DNA of 52,553 nt, from positions 15,132 through 67,684 of the forward strand of contig CBFIBM010000010.1 in the NCBI GenBank assembly GCA_965660855.1, in the 5' to 3' direction. Numbering within the stretch: the first letter of the stretch is position 1; each line of letters opens with the position of its first letter. The notes beneath the pieces were generated by a model, which worked only from the letters and a program-made list of their open reading frames with translations, ran no database searches and was not told the DNA's origin. Below, piece after piece: positions 33,384-43,276 of this stretch. The DNA comes from an uncultured bacterium (GTDB lineage Bacteria; Fidelibacterota; Marinisomatia; Marinisomatales; UBA1611). Both the position numbers and the translations under genes were made by a program.

Positions 33384-34877
33384 TTATTTTATTCTAGGGA
33401 ACAACGGCTTATGATCTTTTATTATGGTACCAGGAATTAAACCTCCCCACTCTTCATCTGTTTCTAATGCTCCAAAAATATCTAACAAAATTTTAGTTCG
33501 GTTAGGCATTATTGGTGATAGCAAAACAGCACTTATTCTTAAAGATTCTGCAGAAGCATAAAGGACTTTCCCTGCTGCATGACTATCTTCTTTTACAAGC
33601 TGCCATGGTGCTTTTTTTTCCATATACTTGTTAACCTCACCAATGAATTTAATTATCGAATCAATAGCTTCATTTAATTCCATATGCATCATCAATTGAG
33701 TAACAGATTTTACAAGTGAAGAAGATTTATTCTTTATCTCCTTTTCTTCAGCTTCTAGACTGCTCGGATCTGGTATTTTTCTATCATGATTTTTTCTTAT
33801 TAATGTTGTAACACGGCTCAAAAGATTTCCAAAATCATTTGCAAGGTCGCTATTATATCTACTCTTGAATAGTTCAATAGTGAAAATCGCATCTTTCCCA
33901 AGGACCATCTCCCTCATTAAATAGTATCGAACTGGATCAACTCCAAAGTCATCAATTAAATTTTTTGGATCTACCACATTGCCTAATGATTTGCTCATTT
34001 TTGAATCGCCCATTAGCCACCATCCATGTGCAAAAATTGATTCAGGCAATTCAATTCCTGCTGACATCAACATTGTTGGCCAATAAACAGCATGGGTTGT
34101 CAAAATATCTTTCCCAATTAAATGGTAAGAAGCTGGCCACCAGTTTTTAAAAGAATTTTTATCATTACCGTATCCTGGAGAAGAGATATAATTTATGAGT
34201 GCATCAAACCAAACATATGTCACATATTCTTTATCAAAAGGAAGTTCTATTCCCCAGTTTAATCGAGATTTAGGCCTCGATATACAAAGATCATTTAATG
34301 GTTTTTTAAGAAATCCCAAAATTTCATTTTTTCTATGAGTAGGTTGAATAAAATTTGAATTTTTTTCTATATGATTTATCAATGATTGCTGATATTTACT
34401 CATTTTAAAAAAATAATTTTTTTCTTTTAATTTTTTAATATCTCTAAAGTGACCCATCTCTGCTTCTTTTTCAGTAATGAATCGTTCCTCTGAAACTGAA
34501 TATAGACCTTCGTATTCTGCTTCATATATATCTCCAGATTTAAATACTTTCATAAGAATATCTTGCACAACTCTTTTGTGTCTAGATTCTGTAGTCCTTA
34601 TAAAATCATCATAAGAAATATGAAGTCTTTTCCACAACTCTGTAAATCTTGGAACCATATTTTCACAATGCTCTTTTGGAGATATACCCTTGTTTTCTGC
34701 TGCTTGTTGAACTTTTTGTCCGTGTTCATCAAGTCCTGTTAAAAAAAAGGTAGGATATCCCTTTTTTCTATAAAATCTTGCAAATACATCTGCTAATATT
34801 GTTGTATAAGCATGACCAATATGTGGCTTATCATTCACATAATATATTGGTGTTGTTATATAAAATGATTTCTTCAT
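33384..34877 (-). CDS. metG: Methionine--tRNA ligase (short form)
   Basis: ITTPIYY, HIGH, GLDEHG, YVWFDAL, GKDI, KMSKS, DLANDFGNLLSR, LFPRI. Confidence 0.96.
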   Translation of the reverse strand: MKKSFYITTPIYYVNDKPHIGHAYTTILADVFARFYRKKGYPTFFLTGLDEHGQKVQQAAENKGISPKEHCENMVPRFTELWKRLHISYDDFIRTTESRHKRVVQDILMKVFKSGDIYEAEYEGLYSVSEERFITEKEAEMGHFRDIKKLKEKNYFFKMSKYQQSLINHIEKNSNFIQPTHRKNEILGFLKKPLNDLCISRPKSRLNWGIELPFDKEYVTYVWFDALINYISSPGYGNDKNSFKNWWPASYHLIGKDILTTHAVYWPTMLMSAGIELPESIFAHGWWLMGDSKMSKSLGNVVDPKNLIDDFGVDPVRYYLMREMVLGKDAIFTIELFKSRYNSDLANDFGNLLSRVTTLIRKNHDRKIPDPSSLEAEEKEIKNKSSSLVKSVTQLMMHMELNEAIDSIIKFIGEVNKYMEKKAPWQLVKEDSHAAGKVLYASAESLRISAVLLSPIMPNRTKILLDIFGALETDEEWGGLIPGTIIKDHKPLFPRIK

Positions 34878-35983
34878 CTAAAATTAAAGTTCTTTTGTAC
34901 TTTTAATATAAAGTGGGTTAAGGATAATGGTATAAAAAGATTTTGACTAACTGATCTTTCAAGATTTTCTATTTCAAGAATAATTTTAGGATAGTCAACA
35001 TCTTTATACCGACTAGTGAATAGCTCCATACCAATTTTAAGTTCTGTTTTATGTAATGGATGCTTTATGTTTTTTGTTAATCGATGAGTACTCTGAAACC
35101 AAATTTTTAATATTGTTAAATATAGAAAAAATACACTTCTATCCTCTTTTGACAATTTAAAATAAATCTGGGTAAAGTTTCTCCAAAGTGAAGAATCTTT
35201 ACTAATTAAAGTTTTTATAGTATTATTTATTAGGTTATGTATTTCTTTTTTACCAAGTAACATTGTTTTTTTTGCTAAATACATACTACCATTACTTAAA
35301 CCTAAAAAAAGAGGCACATCATTTATCTCTTCTGCATTTGAAGACAACCATTCTTTAATAAATTCATTATTCAATTTTGGGAAAGTAATGTTTTGGCAGC
35401 GAGATGTTATCGTAGTTAATAAACGATTAATGTGATCTGTAACCAATATAAAAGATGTATTTTTAGGAGGCTCTTCTAATAATTTTAATAAAGAATTTGC
35501 AGCTTCACCTTGCCCAGAGGATAAAAAGTGCGAATCAAATATTAATATGATCTTTCGCCCTTTATTATTTGATTTTAAATAAATATTTTTTCTTAAATCT
35601 CTTATTGAGTTAATTAATATTCTATTTGCACCATTAACTTTAATTTTAAAAAATCCATCATCGGCCTTTTTTGATATTAATTCATTAATAACTTCAATAT
35701 TTTTTTTATCAATTAGATTACTCGTATTTTTATTTACTGGTGCTGGTAAAGGAAATATTAATTTTAAATTTTCATGTTGTAATTTTTTTACTCGTAAACA
35801 TGATGGGCAATCTTGACAACTATAGCGAGAAGGATTTTCGCAATTTAATAATTTTGCAAACTGGATAGCAATATTCTCTTTTCCTACACCAGTAGGACCT
35901 GAAAAAATATATGCATTCGCTATGTTATCAGTCGAAAATGATTTATGCAAGCGATCCCAAACTTTATTTTGCAAGTTCTCCAT
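34874..35983 (-). CDS. holB: DNA polymerase III delta' subunit
   Basis: GPTGVGK, C-x7-C-x2-C-x2-C zinc module, ANSLLKLLEEPP, TITSRC. Confidence 0.9.
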   Translation of the reverse strand: MENLQNKVWDRLHKSFSTDNIANAYIFSGPTGVGKENIAIQFAKLLNCENPSRYSCQDCPSCLRVKKLQHENLKLIFPLPAPVNKNTSNLIDKKNIEVINELISKKADDGFFKIKVNGANRILINSIRDLRKNIYLKSNNKGRKIILIFDSHFLSSGQGEAANSLLKLLEEPPKNTSFILVTDHINRLLTTITSRCQNITFPKLNNEFIKEWLSSNAEEINDVPLFLGLSNGSMYLAKKTMLLGKKEIHNLINNTIKTLISKDSSLWRNFTQIYFKLSKEDRSVFFLYLTILKIWFQSTHRLTKNIKHPLHKTELKIGMELFTSRYKDVDYPKIILEIENLERSVSQNLFIPLSLTHFILKVQKNFNFR

Positions 35984-35994
35984 TTAAAAAAATA

Positions 35995-37188
35995 CTACTT
36001 TTTCTTTAACCATTTTTCTGGATCTAATTTTTGGCCTTTCCCCCAAATTTCAAAATGCAACTTAGAGCCATTTATAGAACCGGAATCCCCCATATAAGCT
36101 ATTATTTCTCCATTTTTTACTTCACTATCTACTGTGGCTTGAATATTTGCAACATGACTATAAACTGTATAAAAACCACCACCATGGTCAATTATAATCG
36201 TTGTTCCATAACCTCGTATGTAGGTAATCGTGGTGACGACGCCTCCAAGTATAGTTTTTATTGGAGAACCCGGTTGACCCTTAATATCTATCCCTGGATT
36301 TTCAGTGGTTGTTTTTAATTTTGGATTCCATTGCCTTCCAAACTTAGTGATTATTCTACCATTGGCAGGCCAAGGAAGCTGACCCGCGAGCGATTTAAAA
36401 CTTTTGGTTTTTAATGCCTCTTGTTGTTGGCGAATTCTTTCCTCTCTTTCAAAACGAGCTTTATCTTCAAGAACTTTTTTTATAATATTTTCTAATTGAT
36501 TAACACCTGCTTCTTTTTCATTTATATAGTTTGATAGTGCTTTTTTATCAGTTCTTATACGATTTAATTCTTTTTCTCTATTTATTCTCATATTTCGATA
36601 TGAGCTCATTTCTTTTTCTTTATCCCTCTTTAGCAAAAGGTTTTCTCTCAAGGCTGCTTCTAACTCTAATTTCTGTTTACTTATTTCAATAAGTAATCTT
36701 TCAATTTTTTTTGTCATTTTTTTTTCTATATCCGAAATAACTTTTAAATATTGAGCCCGGTAAATTGCCTGCCTCCAAGTTGTTGAGGAGAAGACTCTTT
36801 CAAGGTCAGTAAGTCGTCCTTTTAAATAAGAATTAACCACTCTTTCTTTGTATCTTTTTCTGAGAGTATCTAACTTTTTTTCTTTATTAAGTATTTCATT
36901 TCTTAATTGAAAAATTTTTTCCCTTGTCTTCTCTTCCTCTGATTCTAAAGACTTTATTAATTTAGAAGTAAGTGAAATTTCTTCATCAATGGAAGAAATT
37001 CGATTGGTTGCTGTTCTTTCTCTTGATTCAGCAGTTTTTATTTTTGATCGGAGTTGTCTAATTTCAGTTTTTAATGAATTAATTGCATTATTTTGATATC
37101 TTAACTCTTCGTTGTAATCACGATCGTCAGACTGTGCTGATAGTAGAGATAATAAAAATATATAAATAATCATTACAGATGATTTCAT
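35995..37188 (-). CDS. envC: Murein hydrolase activator EnvC-like (coiled coil + degenerate M23/LytM)
   Basis: Signal peptide, long coiled coil, LPWPANG, NPGIDI (first His lost), IIDHGGG, LHFEIW, DPEKWL. Confidence 0.82.
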   Translation of the reverse strand: MKSSVMIIYIFLLSLLSAQSDDRDYNEELRYQNNAINSLKTEIRQLRSKIKTAESRERTATNRISSIDEEISLTSKLIKSLESEEEKTREKIFQLRNEILNKEKKLDTLRKRYKERVVNSYLKGRLTDLERVFSSTTWRQAIYRAQYLKVISDIEKKMTKKIERLLIEISKQKLELEAALRENLLLKRDKEKEMSSYRNMRINREKELNRIRTDKKALSNYINEKEAGVNQLENIIKKVLEDKARFEREERIRQQQEALKTKSFKSLAGQLPWPANGRIITKFGRQWNPKLKTTTENPGIDIKGQPGSPIKTILGGVVTTITYIRGYGTTIIIDHGGGFYTVYSHVANIQATVDSEVKNGEIIAYMGDSGSINGSKLHFEIWGKGQKLDPEKWLKKK

Positions 37189-37245
37189 TTAGCAGAAAAT
37201 ACCGTTTTTTAAACTTCTAGGCAGTAACCTTTTAACTAAAAACAA

Positions 37246-39102
37246 TTAAATCTGCTCAATTTTATAAAGAATAAACTTTGAGAAAGTTAAATGCAGAGAC
37301 TTCTCGTTCATGAAATATATCCATAGTTGTTTTTCCAAGTTAGTACCGCTATCACCTATAATTTTCTCGTGAGGGTCTCCAAGAAGTTCTTGTATCTGCG
37401 GAATTGTTTGGCCAACTACTAATTTTTCCATTCTTGCCTTACTTAGTATCTTTCTGGCGCTATCCATTTTTTTATTAATTATTAACCTTGATTTATAATT
37501 ATCCAACAATCTCATTTTTTCCTTAAGCTTAATTAAGAGATCTTCATTTTTATTTCCAATTCCACCAGATAACTCTCTTGCAAATTCTAATGAATAGATT
37601 GCTAATTGAATTTCTTCATATTCATCAGCTTCTTTTGCTAATTTTGCCATTTGAATCCCTGCCCTATATTGTAATGCATTAACCTCAAAAATTAGATCTC
37701 TATTCAACTCTAAACCTTCTGCATATTTCCCCATAGCTTTACCAATGAACCCAAATTCTTGATATTTTTTCCCTTCACCTAGGAGCACCCATGATTTAAA
37801 CCTTTGAAGCTCTTTCTGTCCTTCAATACTAAACTCTGAAACGTGCTTTACTAAATTATATGCCTGAATATATTCTCCATTTTTTAATTTTTTTTCAGCT
37901 TCTATCATCCACAATAAGGCTATTTGAGTAATCCTTTTATTAAGAATTGGTATAATTACTGTGTCAATTTTTACTTTTGAAAGAGCATCTTGATATTTAT
38001 TTAATGCATTTTGTGTTCTACCTTTTTTTTCTAGTTGTATTCCTTCCTCTAAGATTTGATAAGGTATTTTATATTCGCAATCATCAATATATTCTTTTGC
38101 ACGATGACGATTTGAGTGAGTTGGATATTCCGACATAAACTGTTTGAATGTTTTTAATGCCTGAGTATAATCTTTTCTATAATAAAATGTTTTTGCTTTA
38201 TCTCCACTAGTTTTATTCCCTCCATAAAAGGAAGAAAGTGTTAAATAAACACCATAATTTGATAAATCAAATCTTGTTATAGGAGTCCTATCTAATGGGT
38301 CATCAATAGTATGTATTTTAGTGTAAGAATAACGAAAATCAAGACCAATTGAAAACCTACTCTGCTTTCCAGGATCTAAAATAAAACGTATACCGATTGA
38401 ACCCGCTGATGAAGTACCGGATCCAGATAAGTTATCATCCCAGCTTTCTCTATCCATTGTGTAAAAAAGTGCAGAAGAAAGCCCGTAAGAATATCTAAAA
38501 TTTAAATACCACTTATTAAATGGTTGATATTGAAAGTGAGTTGTGGCTAAATATTCAGTTAGTTTCGGTGAAAAAAATGCTGTGTCACTCCAACTAGCGT
38601 TCGTATTGGACCAATCTGAATGTGGAACTTTTGCTGGAGAAAAAAGAGTACTCGATCTATATGTTAATCCAGTCATCACATTTAACCAACTTGTTCCAAC
38701 TAAATAATAAGGAATATTTATCAAACCAATATCAATTTCAATAGATGACCCCCAAATATTCCTAGTCTCTTGACTGATTGCCGTAACATCAGATTCATAT
38801 CTTATTTTACTAGGGTCATCTTTAAAAGAATCTGGATTTAAGCTATAAACACTACCTTTTGATTTACCAGTAGCACCAACTCCGTATCTTATTTCAATTG
38901 GCATAAAATTAATGGGATTTGCAAACTCTCTAGAATAAAACCATTTATTTATCCAAAATCCATCTTCATAGGCAGAATTTTTATTCACCTTAAATAAACT
39001 AAAAAAATATGTTTTCATATTTCTTTTTTCATCATTTTTGGCATTATAAAATGACGATAAAGCAATTAATATAAAAATTATAATATTTTTTGTAATATTC
39101 AT
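37246..39102 (-). CDS. Hypothetical exported protein: beta-strand-rich domain + TPRs + SmpA/BamE-like C-terminus
   Basis: The ORF is open to 39189. The ATG at 39102 gives a signal-like MNITKNIIIFILIALSSFYNA. Alternating aromatic strands are followed by TPR helices and GQT..QI..LLGDP...WIY. Confidence 0.7.
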   Translation of the reverse strand: MNITKNIIIFILIALSSFYNAKNDEKRNMKTYFFSLFKVNKNSAYEDGFWINKWFYSREFANPINFMPIEIRYGVGATGKSKGSVYSLNPDSFKDDPSKIRYESDVTAISQETRNIWGSSIEIDIGLINIPYYLVGTSWLNVMTGLTYRSSTLFSPAKVPHSDWSNTNASWSDTAFFSPKLTEYLATTHFQYQPFNKWYLNFRYSYGLSSALFYTMDRESWDDNLSGSGTSSAGSIGIRFILDPGKQSRFSIGLDFRYSYTKIHTIDDPLDRTPITRFDLSNYGVYLTLSSFYGGNKTSGDKAKTFYYRKDYTQALKTFKQFMSEYPTHSNRHRAKEYIDDCEYKIPYQILEEGIQLEKKGRTQNALNKYQDALSKVKIDTVIIPILNKRITQIALLWMIEAEKKLKNGEYIQAYNLVKHVSEFSIEGQKELQRFKSWVLLGEGKKYQEFGFIGKAMGKYAEGLELNRDLIFEVNALQYRAGIQMAKLAKEADEYEEIQLAIYSLEFARELSGGIGNKNEDLLIKLKEKMRLLDNYKSRLIINKKMDSARKILSKARMEKLVVGQTIPQIQELLGDPHEKIIGDSGTNLEKQLWIYFMNEKSLHLTFSKFILYKIEQI

Positions 39103-39216
39103 CTTGGTCTCAAAATTGTAATATTTCATTGAATTATACAAGAAGAGACTTGAAAACAAACTAACTTTAACTGTTTTTTTTAGGAACAATTAAATTGATT
39201 CGAACATTATAAATAG

Positions 39217-39870
39217 ATGAAAAAAAAGATATTTCTAATTCTGATGATTATTGGGTCATTAAACAACACTTTTAGTCAAACTTTTTCAATTGCCCGGATA
39301 CACTATAGTGGGGGTGGTGATTGGTACAGTGACCCTAGCAGTATTCCAAATCTCTTAAAATATCTAACATCAAACACACCTATTTCAGCACATCCTAATG
39401 AAATAAAAATAAAACTAACAGATGATAATATTGGAAAGCATCCTTATCTTTATTTAACAGGGCATGGAAATATTCGATTAAGCGATGAAGAAATAATTTC
39501 AATGCGTTCTGTATTAATGAATGGAGCTTTTTTACATGCGGATGATAATTATGGAATGGATAAATCATTTAGACGCGAAATAAAAAGAGTTTTCCCAAAT
39601 AAGGATTTAGTTCCTCTCCCAAAAGATCATTTGATATTTAACTCTTATTATTCATTTGAAAATGGTCTTCCGAAAGTTCATGAACATAATAAAAAAAAAC
39701 CCCAAGCATTTGCATTATATGAAGGTGATAGAATTTTATTACTTTATACCTATGAATCTGACTTAGGTGATGGTTGGGAAGACGAGAGCGTTCATAATGA
39801 TCCTGAATATGTTCGGGAAGAGGCATTAAAAATGGGTGTTAATATAATTTATTTCTCATTGATGCAATAG
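39217..39870 (+). CDS. DUF4159-family exported protein
   Basis: Signal peptide, YSGGGDWYSDP, PYLYLTGHG, FLHADDNYG, GLPKVHEH, DLGDGWED, MGVNI. Confidence 0.88.
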   Translation: MKKKIFLILMIIGSLNNTFSQTFSIARIHYSGGGDWYSDPSSIPNLLKYLTSNTPISAHPNEIKIKLTDDNIGKHPYLYLTGHGNIRLSDEEIISMRSVLMNGAFLHADDNYGMDKSFRREIKRVFPNKDLVPLPKDHLIFNSYYSFENGLPKVHEHNKKKPQAFALYEGDRILLLYTYESDLGDGWEDESVHNDPEYVREEALKMGVNIIYFSLMQ

Positions 39871-39871
39871 T

Positions 39872-42800
39872 ATGCACATTAAAAAATATTTATATTCTGT
39901 TCAATCATACCTAATTCGAAGGAGAATAGTGTTTTACCTCCAATGCTTTATTCTATTTACTTCATTATTTTTTATCTCATCTATTTTCTTTGAATCAATA
40001 TTTTATTTACAGGTTAAAATAAAAATTGGTTTGATAATACTATTCTTATTTTCTTTCCTATTATTCATATCTATTTGTTTTTTCCAACTTATCCAAGTGA
40101 AAAAAAATAAATTAAAAAAATATCAGCTTGAAACTATAGCAAAAAATCTCGGTGAACTAGGCTTTAAAAATAACACGGATACTATAATTAATGCCTATCA
40201 ATTAGAGTGTAATCTAAAAACTAATGAATCAAATGAATTAGCGATCGCTTATGTTAAACAAGTTTTAGAGAAAATTAATAAGAAAGATCTAATTGAAAAT
40301 CTTAAAAAAAGATTTAATCCAATTTTGAAAAAATATATTTTATCAATTTGGATTTTCATAATTATATTTTTTTCGTTCAATTATAAAGAATCAGCTGATG
40401 CCTTTTATCGCTTAAAAAATTCAAGCACTTATTATCCAGCACCAAAACCTTTTAAGTTGATAAGTTCTAAAAGGAATATACATATATTGGGGGGAGAAAA
40501 AGTAGAAATTGAGATAAAATCAAATAAGTTAATATCAGATTCTGCTGAATTAAATCTGAAACCATCGCAAGAATCAACAGAAAAAAGAGATTCATTAGAA
40601 CTTAATTTTATCTCTTCTCCAAATGAGAAAGGTTATTATGTTTTTTCACTACCCGAACTCTATCAAGATTATACATATCAGGCTCTTATTAGATCTAATA
40701 ATTTTTGGGATTCTTGGGATGTAGTAACATCTAGGATTGATACAATATTTGTTACTGATAGACCTTCCTTAGAAAAATTTCAAATTACAATAATTCCACC
40801 AAAATATTCTAGATTGCCAAAAAAAATTCAAGAAGGTAATAATGCTGTAATTCTAGGATTAAAGGGCTCTAATATTCAGCTAGATATAACGACAAATAAA
40901 CTACTTGAAAAATCTTACTTGTTAGTTAACAAAGAAAAAATCATTTTGAATACCTTTGAAAAAAATGCTTCTGGATATCACATTATTGAAAACGAAATTG
41001 ATTTTTCCGTTAACCTTGTAGACCAGAGAGGTATCACAAACAAAAATCCAATACTTTATAAAATTGAAATAATTCCAGACTTAATGCCTTCCCTACAAGT
41101 ACTAGAACCATCAATTCCTTCAATTGAACTTGGTGATGAACAAATAATTTATTTACAGTTAAATATTCAAGATGACTATGGTTTTTCTGATCTTCAAATA
41201 GCATACGAAATAGTTAAACCTTCAATTTTAGAATTAGATCCATATGTTTCAATGATATCTATTCCAGAATTAAACACGGATTCTATTGCTCAGAATATCT
41301 CATATTTATGGAATTTAGAAAGTTTATTTCTTATGCCAGATGATGAGGTACACTTCCATATTGAGCTTACTGATAATGATGTAGTTTCTGGTCCCAAAAA
41401 AACTATTTCAGAAAATTATATTGCCAAACTACCATCTTTAAAAAGTATCTATGAAGAAGCTGAAGTTGCTAAAGATGAATTTATTGAGGATATTTCATCA
41501 GAAATAGAAAAAGTAGAAAAATTAAAAGAACAATTTGAACTACTTGAAATGAAAGCATTAAAAACTGAAAAACTAAATTGGGAGGGGAAAAAAGCTATAA
41601 AAAGCTCAATTGAAAATGCAAAAAAAGAGATTAAAGAACTAGAAGATCTTTCAAAAGCGATTAAAAACCTTACTCAACAAGCTGAAAAGCATAAACTATT
41701 TTCTCCAGAATTGTTAGATAAGTTTGAAGAATTATCCAATTTATTAAACAATATTATTCCAAAAGATATGTTACAAAATATGAATGATTTAGAAGAAGCT
41801 TTGAGCAATTTAGATATGGACTCAATAAAAGAATCTCTAAATAATCTAACAAAAAATATGGAGCAAGTTGAAAAAGAACTTGAAAGGTACCTTGAAATAT
41901 TTAAACAGATTGAAATGGAACAAAAACTAGATGAACTTAAAAACAGAATGGAAAAACTTGCAAATCAACAAAAAACATTAGATACGGAACTTGCTCGAAG
42001 TGATAATGTCAATGATGACTATAAAAGATTAGAAACTCAAGAACAAAATATTTTTAATGAATTTAAAAATATTGAATCTTTACTTAAAGAAACTGCTAAT
42101 TTGATAAAACCCTCTAATGAGAAAATAGCTTTAGATTTAGATAATCTTTCCAAAAGTAATCTTACGAAAAATATTAATAATCTTTTACAAGAAACAATGA
42201 AAGATATTTCCGGAAAAAACTTTAATGACGCTCAATCAAATAGTAATAGTGCAATAGATAATATGGAAAAGATGATTGAAAAGATTGATAGTTACAAAAA
42301 AAATTTTCAAAAACAATCTATAAATGAAATGACTGAAAAGTTTCAAAAGATTATACAAGACATTCTTTTATTGTCATTTAAAGAAGAAAAGTTAAGTAAC
42401 AGCCTCAATAAAGTGAATAGAAATTCACCTCGGTTAAGAGAATTAGCTGCGAAGCAACAAATGTTACAAGATCAATTAAAATCTATTACAAGTAAAATGA
42501 TTGAATTATCTAAAAAAACATTTGCAATTACTCCAGCAGTAGGAAGAGGAATAGGTAAAGCAAGTTCAGGGATGAATTTGGCTAAAAATAATTTAGCAAA
42601 TCGAGAAATTAAACAAGCTCAAGAAAATAAAAATGCAGCAATGGAAGGTTTAAATGAAATAGCATTTGAATTACATAACAACATGAAAGAAATGCAAAAA
42701 TCTGGATCTGCAAGTGGTATGGAACAATTTATGAAAATGATACAAGAGATGGCAGATCAACAAGAAGGTTTGAATAAACAAGGTGAAAAATTAAGTCTAG

Positions 42801-43276
42801 GAGCATTAGCTGGAGCAATAAAAAATCAAATGTTGCAAGAAATGTTATCTGGACAGAAAAATGTCAAAAAGTCTCTAGACCAATTAATGAAAGAAATGAA
42901 AAATTCTGGAGGGAATAAGATTGGAAACTTAAGTGGGATTGAGAGTGAGATTGATAAAGTTATCGAAGATCTACAGAAAAATAATTTTAAAAAACAAACG
43001 TATAAAAGACAACAAAAAATTCTTTCTAGAATGCTAGAAAGTAAAACTTCGATGACTCAGCGAGGAGAGAAAGATGAGCGAAAATCATATACTTCAAACC
43101 AAGATTTTATTTTAGATAGTACTTATACCCTCCCTTTAAATAAGGGGCAAAGAGAGGATGTCACGTTAAGAGCACTTAATGATGCAATAAATGCAGGTTA
43201 TTCAAAACAACATCAAAGTATGATAAAACGTTATTTTAATACATTAACTCAGGAAAATATAAATAGTGAAAAATAG
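39872..43276 (+). CDS. Large membrane-anchored protein with Ig-like beta region and Q/E/M-rich coiled coil (DUF4175-like)
   Basis: Three N-terminal TMs, PPKYS, DDYG, DNDVVSGPK, about 600 aa of coiled coil, RQQKILSRML, C-terminal RYFN.L. Confidence 0.72.
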   Translation: MHIKKYLYSVQSYLIRRRIVFYLQCFILFTSLFFISSIFFESIFYLQVKIKIGLIILFLFSFLLFISICFFQLIQVKKNKLKKYQLETIAKNLGELGFKNNTDTIINAYQLECNLKTNESNELAIAYVKQVLEKINKKDLIENLKKRFNPILKKYILSIWIFIIIFFSFNYKESADAFYRLKNSSTYYPAPKPFKLISSKRNIHILGGEKVEIEIKSNKLISDSAELNLKPSQESTEKRDSLELNFISSPNEKGYYVFSLPELYQDYTYQALIRSNNFWDSWDVVTSRIDTIFVTDRPSLEKFQITIIPPKYSRLPKKIQEGNNAVILGLKGSNIQLDITTNKLLEKSYLLVNKEKIILNTFEKNASGYHIIENEIDFSVNLVDQRGITNKNPILYKIEIIPDLMPSLQVLEPSIPSIELGDEQIIYLQLNIQDDYGFSDLQIAYEIVKPSILELDPYVSMISIPELNTDSIAQNISYLWNLESLFLMPDDEVHFHIELTDNDVVSGPKKTISENYIAKLPSLKSIYEEAEVAKDEFIEDISSEIEKVEKLKEQFELLEMKALKTEKLNWEGKKAIKSSIENAKKEIKELEDLSKAIKNLTQQAEKHKLFSPELLDKFEELSNLLNNIIPKDMLQNMNDLEEALSNLDMDSIKESLNNLTKNMEQVEKELERYLEIFKQIEMEQKLDELKNRMEKLANQQKTLDTELARSDNVNDDYKRLETQEQNIFNEFKNIESLLKETANLIKPSNEKIALDLDNLSKSNLTKNINNLLQETMKDISGKNFNDAQSNSNSAIDNMEKMIEKIDSYKKNFQKQSINEMTEKFQKIIQDILLLSFKEEKLSNSLNKVNRNSPRLRELAAKQQMLQDQLKSITSKMIELSKKTFAITPAVGRGIGKASSGMNLAKNNLANREIKQAQENKNAAMEGLNEIAFELHNNMKEMQKSGSASGMEQFMKMIQEMADQQEGLNKQGEKLSLGALAGAIKNQMLQEMLSGQKNVKKSLDQLMKEMKNSGGNKIGNLSGIESEIDKVIEDLQKNNFKKQTYKRQQKILSRMLESKTSMTQRGEKDERKSYTSNQDFILDSTYTLPLNKGQREDVTLRALNDAINAGYSKQHQSMIKRYFNTLTQENINSEK

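Noticed and set aside
41450..43050. Repetitive-looking A-rich sequence as tandem repeats or an array
   Set aside because: It reflects Lys/Glu/Gln/Asn-rich coiled-coil coding. I saw no exact repeat unit or spacer structure.
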